Below are positions 28,626 to 36,067 of a stretch of 64,000 nt of DNA, in pieces (within the stretch, counting starts at the first letter, position 1; every line of letters begins with the position of its first letter). The stretch is from Candidatus Bathyarchaeota archaeon (GTDB lineage: Archaea > Thermoproteota > CALKCG01 > B24 > DRYS01), in assembly GCA_025058595.1 (NCBI GenBank), contig JANXEK010000002.1:17248-81247 (forward strand). Direction: 5' to 3'. Under the pieces are notes generated by a model. That model saw only the letters and a list, made by a program, of their open reading frames with translations, made no database searches and had not been told where the DNA came from. Made by a program: the position numbers and the translations under genes.

Positions 28626-29792
28626 ATGGTTACGAATCTACCTGTACGAGCGAAGGTTAAATGGGCTGAAGTAACAGCCGCTAAGGATCCTAGAGATAAG
28701 ATAAGGCTTATGCGTGAGTTCCTAGCCCTCTGTCCTAGACATAAGGGTACTGAGAAGCTTATAGCCTATGTTAAACGTAGGATAGCTCAGCTGGAGGAAG
28801 AGATCGAGTACGCACGTAGAGTTAAAGCTCGTAGTAGACATGAAAGCTTAATCATCGAGAAATCCGGTGATGTACAGGTAGCTATCATAGGTTACACGAA
28901 TTCCGGTAGGAGTAGTCTACTATCAGCTCTAACGAACGCTAGACCAAAGATCTCGGATAGGCCTTTCACTACTTTGAAGCCTATACCAGGGATGCTAATC
29001 TACAACGACGTAAGGATACAGCTTATAGAGGTGCCGCCGCTTACCAGAGGGCTCTCTGAGGGTTACGTTAGAGGTTCTAATGCTTTAAGCTTGATGAGGG
29101 CTGCTGATTGCTTGATTATCATGGTAGACTTATCGGATGATCCTGTCAGGGATTTCATGGAGATAACATCTGAGCTTAAGGAGTCTAGGATACTCATAGA
29201 GGAGCCTAAAGGCTACGTCGAGATAGAGAAGACAGATACAGGCGGGATTAGAATCGTAGGGGGACGGCTCTTAGACTCTACCGTCGACGATCTGAGACGG
29301 CTACTAGTAAGCTATAGGATACCTTCAGCTATAGTGAAGATCCACGGCGAAGTCACCTTAGATGAAGTCGAAGATTCTCTATTCGGTTCATACCAGTATA
29401 AGCCCACTATAGTAATCGGTTCTAAGATAGATCTACCCAATGCTAGAGAGAATATGGAAAGATTGAAAGATAGCATAGGCGATAGGCTACCTGTAATCGG
29501 TGTATCGTGTATCACTGGTGAAGGATTAGAGATGGTCGCTCCATCGATATTGAAGGCTATGAGGATTATAAGGGTATATACTAAGAAGCCTGGGGAGCCT
29601 CCGAGTCCTAAACCGGTAGTATTAAGGGAGGGGGCTACTATAGGGGATGTAGCATCGATCATACATACAGAGTTGAGGGAGAGATTCAGGTATGCAAGGG
29701 TATGGAGCGGATTAGATAGAGCGAACGTTATGAAGGTAGGCTTGAACTACAAGCTTAGGGATGGGGATATAGTAGAGATACATGCAGGATAA
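28626..29792 (+). CDS. DRG/Rbg-family (Obg-like) protein with a C-terminal TGS domain; GTPase motifs degenerate
   Basis: 388 aa with DRG architecture: helical N-terminus, G domain with insert, TGS ending LRDGDIVEIH. G1 reads GYTNSGRS, G3 reads EVPP, G4 reads SKID. Confidence 0.75.
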   Translation: MVTNLPVRAKVKWAEVTAAKDPRDKIRLMREFLALCPRHKGTEKLIAYVKRRIAQLEEEIEYARRVKARSRHESLIIEKSGDVQVAIIGYTNSGRSSLLSALTNARPKISDRPFTTLKPIPGMLIYNDVRIQLIEVPPLTRGLSEGYVRGSNALSLMRAADCLIIMVDLSDDPVRDFMEITSELKESRILIEEPKGYVEIEKTDTGGIRIVGGRLLDSTVDDLRRLLVSYRIPSAIVKIHGEVTLDEVEDSLFGSYQYKPTIVIGSKIDLPNARENMERLKDSIGDRLPVIGVSCITGEGLEMVAPSILKAMRIIRVYTKKPGEPPSPKPVVLREGATIGDVASIIHTELRERFRYARVWSGLDRANVMKVGLNYKLRDGDIVEIHAG

Positions 29793-29803
29793 ACTTCTAT
29801 ACG

Positions 29804-30202
29804 CTAGGATACTATCTCTACAAAACCTTCATCACCGTAGACTTTAAGGTACATACCAGTCTTGAAAATGTAGGATTCAGGTTTATCGAGGAGAGGTATA
29901 CCTGCTAAAACCGCACCTACGGCTATAACAGGATCTGCCTCTAGACAGATCATAGCTTTAGGAGCGGAGCCACGTTTCGCAAGCCTATAGAGCGTATATG
30001 AGCCTACAGTCGAGCCTTTCCCTCTAGGAAATATGAATATCTTCGCAGCTATACTTTCGCCTCTAATAGGATTGAAGCGATCGATTACTATACCGGTCGA
30101 AGGATCTACTCCCCCGAAGAAGCTTACAGGTTCAGGGGATACCAGAGAATATCCTTCAGCGTATCCCCCTACGAGGCGCCTACACCTTATACGCGTGGAT
30201 AA
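29804..30202 (-). CDS. aconitase X swivel-domain subunit (DUF126; putative phosphomevalonate dehydratase small subunit); start codon unresolved
   Basis: My codon-by-codon translation gives LSTRIRCRRLVGGYAEGYSLVSPEPVSFFGGVDPSTGIVIDRFNPIRGESIAAKIFIFPRGKGSTVGSYTLYRLAKRGSAPKAMICLEADPVIAVGAVLAGIPLLDKPESYIFKTGMYLKVYGDEGFVEIVS*. This is a full-length AcnX small-subunit pattern. It is missing from the ORF track because no ATG/GTG/TTG precedes it. Confidence 0.7.
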   Translation of the reverse strand, partial: LSTRIRCRRLVGGYAEGYSLVSPEPVSFFGGVDPSTGIVIDRFNPIRGESIAAKIFIFPRGKGSTVGSYTLYRLAKRGSAPKAMICLEADPVIAVGAVLAGIPLLDKPESYIFKTGMYLKVYGDEGFVEIVS

Positions 30203-31393
30203 TCACCTCGAAGCCGTGCTTATACATTCGATAGTCGGCAAGAATAGAGTTTTTACCCCGGCTAGATGTCTGCCGTAGAACCACATCTTAAGCGAATCTG
30301 TAGCCATAACCTTATACCCTATAGATGATAGCGGAGCTAGAGCTGGACATGCATCTCTATAGATCTCCCCACCTACGGATACTATCTCATCTACCAGGCC
30401 GCATCTTTCAGCTGCACTGTACACAGCTCTAGATGTGAATAACCAAAGCTTTACATCACCCTTAACCCTCCTACCCTTGAGGAGGTAAGCTATAGTATTC
30501 AGCTCTTCTAACGAGAGATGAGGGCAACCCAGACATACGATATCGACGCTACCTCTATCCGTAATATTCTCTGGTAATGTTTCGATAACCTCCTTTAACG
30601 TAGAGTAATCGAAGGATAGGGTTTCACAGGGAATAGGCTTAATATCGCCAAGTACGTTTGCGGTGAACATATTCAAACCACCCGTGGAAGCCATAGCTGC
30701 ACTCACAGCTTTGAGCTTATCTAGATTACACTCTTTTAATCCTTCGATAAAGGGGATTACTCCTCCCTTTAGTATCCTACCTATATAGAACCCGAGTACA
30801 CTATACTCCCAAACCTCTTCTAAATCCATCTCAACCTTAACGGATACGCTAGGCCTACGATTCTCATCCAGATGCAACCCGTAGAATGGTGTTTTACCTA
30901 TGAGAGCCGCTGCTAAAGCTGATGGGCCACCCTCCCTATTAGTCTTAGCTTTCAATACAGAGTTAGCAAAGACTACAGCCGATGATTCTGACCATGCTAT
31001 ATGGCTTCCAGGTGTAGGAAGGTTACCTGATAGGTACGGTGTACATGTACATATAGGCAGGATTCCGAGTTTCATGTACGCTTCCACGATCCTAACCTGT
31101 TTAGAAGCATACTCCATAGGTATACCCATGATGTTCCACCTATCCAGATCCATCCCTAACGGGTTTAACGTCGATAACACCTCGACCCTACCGTCGAAGA
31201 GGTTTTCGATCCATTCTAAACCTTCATCCCCTATGGATGTATAGCTTACACCGGCTATCTGAGCCGACGATATAGGTATCAATCTTTCAGCTTCATAGAG
31301 ATCACCTAAAGCCACCAGTATTTCCATAGCCTTCTGTTTAGCGTACCCATACTCGCCTTTGAGTATACGCTCCTCATCCTTAGATAGATACAA
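30203..31393 (-). CDS. aconitase X catalytic subunit (DUF521; putative phosphomevalonate dehydratase large subunit)
   Basis: 396 aa. N-terminal LSKDEERILKGEYGYAKQKAMEILVALG and conserved Cys residues, as in the AcnX family. Confidence 0.8.
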   Translation of the reverse strand: MYLSKDEERILKGEYGYAKQKAMEILVALGDLYEAERLIPISSAQIAGVSYTSIGDEGLEWIENLFDGRVEVLSTLNPLGMDLDRWNIMGIPMEYASKQVRIVEAYMKLGILPICTCTPYLSGNLPTPGSHIAWSESSAVVFANSVLKAKTNREGGPSALAAALIGKTPFYGLHLDENRRPSVSVKVEMDLEEVWEYSVLGFYIGRILKGGVIPFIEGLKECNLDKLKAVSAAMASTGGLNMFTANVLGDIKPIPCETLSFDYSTLKEVIETLPENITDRGSVDIVCLGCPHLSLEELNTIAYLLKGRRVKGDVKLWLFTSRAVYSAAERCGLVDEIVSVGGEIYRDACPALAPLSSIGYKVMATDSLKMWFYGRHLAGVKTLFLPTIECISTASR

Positions 31394-31425
31394 GCATATA
31401 TCACCACCCTAGATATAGCATCCTG

Positions 31426-32697
31426 CTACCACTCCCTCCTGTAATCCTCTTTCCTGGCATCCATTGGTAGAGTAGCATCTATAATCCATTTAGAAGTTAA
31501 ACCCGTCTTGCTAGTCGAGGGGTCAAGAGATGATCCGTGAGCCCCTCTCACGATGTGTACACCTCTATCTGGTTGAAGCCTAGTAGCTAAAGCCCATTCC
31601 ACCTCCTCCGGATCATACACGTTTATATCTGGATCGACTACTACGACGAGCTTTAAACTTGGATGCGCTGCTAAAGCTGCTAAACCAGCATTAACACCTT
31701 CTCCCTCATTCCTCTTATCTATAGATATGATTGCATGAAGCCATGAGCAACCACCGGGTGTAAGGTACACCTTTCTAACGTTCGGCACAGTATTTCTAAC
31801 TATCTTGTATATTCTAGGCTCCTGTGGTAAGCCCATGAGGAGCTTATGTTCGACGCCTCCTGGCAGTATGAAATGCCATATTGGATCGCTACGCCAATAT
31901 ACGCGGTCCACCTCCAGTACTGGCTGCATCCTAACTTTATCCCATGTACCGGTTATATCGATGAACGGCCCCTCTTCAGACTCTTCATCATGCAGTATAC
32001 TCCCCATCATAACGAATTCAGCATCTACGGGTATATCCAGCCCATCGATCTTAATACATTTGAACTCATAGAAGACTCTAGCGTAGGATAGCTCGTTTAG
32101 ATCTGGATACGATGTAGCAGCTGCTAGACATATAGCAGGGTGAACACCGCATACAACGGCTACCCTAGTATCCATTCCATGCTCTTTATTCCATGTATAG
32201 AATCTATAGAGATCTCTCGGTACCAATCTTATCGTAAACCTATTCTCTCCTATCCACATTAACCTATGGAAGCTGGCATTCATCCTACCATCTGGTGGCT
32301 CCCTAGCAAGTACTATAGTACCGGTAGTATAATATCTTCGACACTTTTCATGGAAGATAGCTAGAGGTATAATCTCTTTAAGGTTAGGATTATCTTCATG
32401 GTTCTCTAAGAATGGCGCGTTATTAGTGTAACCATAGCTTATAGGTCTATCTAAAGCTGAAGCTAGTTTCTCGATCAATGAGTTTAGGTCGATCTTTAAA
32501 GCTTTAGCTATCACCTCTCTAGAATAGCAGAGATTACCTATACCCCTATAACCCGGGTATCCTTCGATATTCTCGAACATTACCGGCTTCCTAAAACGTC
32601 TAAGATAATCCGCTATACGTAGCTCGGTAGATACAGGCTCACCTATCCTCTCTACCTCTATTTCCTCTAGAAACTGTCTAAGACTGCTCGACATCAT
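31426..32697 (-). CDS. UbiD-family decarboxylase (candidate anhydromevalonate phosphate decarboxylase)
   Basis: 423 aa. N-terminal LRQFLEEIE...PVMFENIEGYPGYR and UbiD core. Adjacent to the AcnX pair. Confidence 0.8.
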   Translation of the reverse strand: MMSSSLRQFLEEIEVERIGEPVSTELRIADYLRRFRKPVMFENIEGYPGYRGIGNLCYSREVIAKALKIDLNSLIEKLASALDRPISYGYTNNAPFLENHEDNPNLKEIIPLAIFHEKCRRYYTTGTIVLAREPPDGRMNASFHRLMWIGENRFTIRLVPRDLYRFYTWNKEHGMDTRVAVVCGVHPAICLAAATSYPDLNELSYARVFYEFKCIKIDGLDIPVDAEFVMMGSILHDEESEEGPFIDITGTWDKVRMQPVLEVDRVYWRSDPIWHFILPGGVEHKLLMGLPQEPRIYKIVRNTVPNVRKVYLTPGGCSWLHAIISIDKRNEGEGVNAGLAALAAHPSLKLVVVVDPDINVYDPEEVEWALATRLQPDRGVHIVRGAHGSSLDPSTSKTGLTSKWIIDATLPMDARKEDYRREW

Positions 32698-32727
32698 CCT
32701 ACCGGTATATTCGTAAACATATTTAAG

Positions 32728-34479
32728 CTAAGTCTCGGATAGCATACCTTTAACCTTCTCTTCGAAATATTTCAATGCAGCTTTAAGATAGGTTTCATCC
32801 ATCGATCTACCGCAACATTCGGTTTCTAAGATCCTCCTAGGTATCCTAAGGGAATCTATCCTGAAGCCTAGATCTAGTTTAACCTTATACTTCTCTCTAT
32901 ATATCTTAAACCCTAGATCTATCAGAGTATCTCTAGTATGATTTATACCTAGAGCTTTCAATGCTTCGGCAACCCTATCAGCGATATATATACCTCTAGC
33001 GAAGAAGCATACGACTAAACTTGAGAGGATCTGCCTCCAGGCTTCCTCCTCCACCAACCTGTCTATAAGATGCTCAGGGGGAGGATACTCTTTACCTAGA
33101 AGCTTCTCATCTAAGCTATATCCTGCAGAATCGAGGTGGCTATGCCTCGCACCTGTGAGATATGTTAGGTATGCTCCATACCCAGTCGAGTAGCCAGGCA
33201 TCTCATTCCCACCGAAAGCTAGAGCGTAATCCTCCCCGCCGTAGATCCTGGACGCATGATCTACACCTAGACTTAGATCTCTATAGAACTGGTTAACCTG
33301 GTCTACGATATATCGTACAGCCTGTAGATAGCCTTCGACGTAGCCCCATCTAAGTTCCACAAGCGTATCGTTAACGGTTATCAAGCCTTTCTCGTATGCT
33401 TCTGTAGCCCACGCTAAAGCTACACCAGTACTCATAGCATCTAGACCGTAGATTTCGACTGAATCTAAGAGTCTAAGCATGCCATCAGTATCGCTTATAC
33501 CGAGCATAGATCCTAAGGCATAGATCGGCTCATAATCGTATGAAACATACGTAGTTTTGTAGAAGTATGGCTCCCCTTCATATGGCTCCCTTAGAGCTGC
33601 CAGATGGATGCAAGCAATCGGGCAGTGGCTACATGCAACTCTACGTCCTAACCTATTCTCAGCTAGATACTCCCCGCTTATAAGCTCGGCTTTATCTAAG
33701 CTCGAATACCTGAGATTCATAGTCGGCAGACCTTTAATGGCGTTGAGCATATTCACGTTCATCGATGTACCTATATCATGGTATTTCTTCATCAACTCAC
33801 TCTTAACGGCGAGATCATATATCTCATCGTATACCTTACGATAGAGCCTAGGTTCCTTTACAGGTATACTCTCCCTACCATAGATAACTAGAGCTTTAAG
33901 CTTCTTAGAACCGAAAACAGCACCTAACCCCAACCTACCGAAATGCCTGTAAGTCTCTGTTACGACGCATGCATACCTTACAAGGTTTTCCCCGGCTCTA
34001 CCTATACGCATTATAGTCCTTAACCCTCTTCCATACTCCCTCTCCCTAAGTATACGGCCTACAGTCACGGTACTACGTATACCCCACAATGTAGAAGCAT
34101 CCCTAAACCTGACAGTCCCATCGCCTATCGTCAAGTATACAGGCATATCGCTCGCACCTTTGATAACTATCGCGCCATATCCAGCCATACGTATCGCTAC
34201 GGCGCTTCGACCACCAGCATGACTTTCACCTAGATTCCCTGTTAATGGTGATTTGAATATAGCTACGGTTTTAGACGCCATCGGATATAAACATGTTAGA
34301 GGCCCGACGGCGAATACTACTACGTTATCAGGGCTCAACGGATCTGCATCAAGCTTGATCTCTTCTCTGAAAAGCTGTATAGCTACACCGATACCTCCAA
34401 GCCATCTATCGAATAGATCCTGTCTATCTTCAACCCAGAAATCTCTTTTAGATAGGTCTACGTAGAGTACATTCCACAT
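32728..34479 (-). CDS. aldehyde:ferredoxin oxidoreductase family tungstoenzyme (WOR5-like size)
   Basis: 583 aa. N-terminal LYVDLS...WLGGIG, AOR domains 1-3, cluster ligands CSHCPIAC. Confidence 0.9.
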   Translation of the reverse strand: MWNVLYVDLSKRDFWVEDRQDLFDRWLGGIGVAIQLFREEIKLDADPLSPDNVVVFAVGPLTCLYPMASKTVAIFKSPLTGNLGESHAGGRSAVAIRMAGYGAIVIKGASDMPVYLTIGDGTVRFRDASTLWGIRSTVTVGRILREREYGRGLRTIMRIGRAGENLVRYACVVTETYRHFGRLGLGAVFGSKKLKALVIYGRESIPVKEPRLYRKVYDEIYDLAVKSELMKKYHDIGTSMNVNMLNAIKGLPTMNLRYSSLDKAELISGEYLAENRLGRRVACSHCPIACIHLAALREPYEGEPYFYKTTYVSYDYEPIYALGSMLGISDTDGMLRLLDSVEIYGLDAMSTGVALAWATEAYEKGLITVNDTLVELRWGYVEGYLQAVRYIVDQVNQFYRDLSLGVDHASRIYGGEDYALAFGGNEMPGYSTGYGAYLTYLTGARHSHLDSAGYSLDEKLLGKEYPPPEHLIDRLVEEEAWRQILSSLVVCFFARGIYIADRVAEALKALGINHTRDTLIDLGFKIYREKYKVKLDLGFRIDSLRIPRRILETECCGRSMDETYLKAALKYFEEKVKGMLSET

Positions 34480-34485
34480 ACAGTA

Positions 34486-34887
34486 TCATACCTCCTCCAA
34501 CCCTATAACGTTGTATGGACAATACCTCGTACAATATCCACAATGAACACATACAACAGGCTTATTTTTCTCTTCATCCCAGGATACTGCTCCTATTACA
34601 CATGCATCTACGCATCTCTCGCACCCTATACATCTGGATGGATCCAAGATTACACCTCCGCCAACCCTCCTCCTCAAAGCATTGGTAGGGCATGCCTTAG
34701 CACACGGCGGATCTTCACATGCTCTACAGACGACTACAGTGAATCCTTTCTCGAAGCCTCCTACGCTCCTAACATGGATAGCAGATTTACTATATCCACC
34801 TGACGAAAACCTACGGTTACATGCGAACATACACATTTGGCAGCCTACGCATCTCTCAGCATCTAACACCGCAAGTCTCTTCCCCAA
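34486..34887 (-). CDS. 4x[4Fe-4S] ferredoxin-like partner subunit of the AOR-family enzyme
   Basis: Four Cys clusters: CVGCQMCMFAC, CRACEDPPCAKACP, CIGCERCVDAC, CVHCGYCTRYCP. Confidence 0.85.
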   Translation of the reverse strand: MGKRLAVLDAERCVGCQMCMFACNRRFSSGGYSKSAIHVRSVGGFEKGFTVVVCRACEDPPCAKACPTNALRRRVGGGVILDPSRCIGCERCVDACVIGAVSWDEEKNKPVVCVHCGYCTRYCPYNVIGLEEV

Positions 34888-34960
34888 AGCTTAATCCTCC
34901 TAAAACTATTCAACGCGACTCGTTCATAACATCGAAGCTGCCTTATTAGCGTTGCCTATA

Positions 34961-35647
34961 TCATCTTTGTATGAGTGGAAGGACTTCATCTTCTATGAAT
35001 CTTATGAAATCACCTTCACCTACATTCCCGAAGGCAACCACTACACCGTTACGCGCTATACCTACAGTTATCCCGTAACTTCTGGAGGTCGTTACTATGT
35101 ACCATATCTTCCCGCGTCTCAGATACTCCGTATATAGAGTTGTATCCTTCAAGCTATCTCCATAGAGTGAAAGCTTGCTAATCCCAGGTATATCGACGCC
35201 GTCGAAGAATATAACCTTGGTAGATTCAGGATTCTCTTCATGAAATCTTTTCATATTCTCGGTTGAGAATGTAGCTTCGGTTATGAGTCCACGTTTTATG
35301 AAGAGTATCTCGCTTATCCTATTTGCGATCATATTCGCGCGATGCTTCTTCTCCAATACCGTTAAGGTTGTATATCCGGAGGAATATCTGAAAACTATAG
35401 TGCTTTCATAAGTTCTTATGATCGGCGTAAGCTTCCCCCTCTGTTTCACGAATATCGGTTTGTCAAAGCAGAATACCGCTCTAACTCTATCGCTAGAAGC
35501 TACTATATCTCTGACCTCGATTATTAGGTCGAGTTTAACACCCATCTTCTCGTATACTCTTTCTTCCCTATACTCTCTAAGCTTCCTAGCTATACTATCC
35601 ATAGGAATATCCTCGACTAGCTTGAATATCTTAGCCGACAGGACCAT
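34961..35647 (-). CDS. hypothetical protein
   Basis: 228-aa clean ORF. No motif I recognise. Confidence 0.55.
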   Translation of the reverse strand: MVLSAKIFKLVEDIPMDSIARKLREYREERVYEKMGVKLDLIIEVRDIVASSDRVRAVFCFDKPIFVKQRGKLTPIIRTYESTIVFRYSSGYTTLTVLEKKHRANMIANRISEILFIKRGLITEATFSTENMKRFHEENPESTKVIFFDGVDIPGISKLSLYGDSLKDTTLYTEYLRRGKIWYIVTTSRSYGITVGIARNGVVVAFGNVGEGDFIRFIEDEVLPLIQR

Positions 35648-35742
35648 ACAGATCTGGATACCTATAGAGACTCGAGAAGCTTAAAATTATATACCGCAAT
35701 CTAAATACGATAGGGAAACTCGAAGAAAGCGGAGACTAAAGA

Positions 35743-35749
35743 TTTAAAT
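35743..35749 (+). promoter_or_regulatory. candidate TATA box (TTTAAAT) with a purine-rich BRE-like AAAGA upstream, for rps17e
   Basis: actAAAGATTTAAATcg lies about 70 nt upstream of the proposed start. Motif-based only. Confidence 0.3.
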
Positions 35750-35815
35750 CGATCTAAGGTTAAACTCGTATCCTCTAAGGCTAGATAGATTTAGAAGCGG
35801 GGAGGGTGACGAAGT

Positions 35816-36064
35816 ATAGGCAACATAAGACCTGCTTTCGTGAAAAGAACGGCGAAGCTGATATTCGAGAAATATAACGAGCAGATATCCACAGATTTCG
35901 ACAGGAATAAGGAGCTGGTAGCTAAGGTTTTAAACATAGAATCTAAATTCCTCAGAAATGCTATAGCAGGTTATCTAACTTCGTATGCTAAGAGGCTTAT
36001 GAAGATAGAAAGCTTAGAGGAGGAAGTATCTGAAGAGGGAGAGGTGGAGGAAGAAGAAGCCTGA
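35816..36064 (+). CDS. rps17e: 30S ribosomal protein S17e (start proposed at ATA 35816; the ORF-track GTG at 35840 would remove the conserved N-terminus)
   Basis: The frame is open from 35810. (M)GNIRPAFVKRTAKLIFEKYNEQISTDFDRNKELV..KFLRNAIAGYLT matches the S17e N-terminal consensus MG(K/N)(V/I)R..VKR. GGAGGGTG at 35801-35808 lies 7 nt before the ATA. Confidence 0.85.
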   Translation: MGNIRPAFVKRTAKLIFEKYNEQISTDFDRNKELVAKVLNIESKFLRNAIAGYLTSYAKRLMKIESLEEEVSEEGEVEEEEA

Positions 36065-36067
36065 AAT

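Noticed and set aside
30203-30205. Selenocysteine decoding of the in-frame TGA between the AcnX large and small domains.
   Set aside because: No Sec machinery or SECIS-like element is visible here. Crenarchaeal-type genomes are not known to use Sec. The position is an inter-domain linker, not an active-site residue.
30186-30231. A direct repeat GTATAAG, 39 nt apart, bracketing the AcnX TGA. It could mark a second in-frame intron fusing the two AcnX domains.
   Set aside because: I could not draw a helix/bulge structure between the repeats. Removal would also delete conserved N-terminal residues of the swivel domain. It is likely a coincidence.
30033-30278. An 81-aa plus-strand ORF listed in the track.
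   Set aside because: It is antisense to the clearly recognisable AcnX swivel-domain reading frame and to the 3' end of the large subunit.
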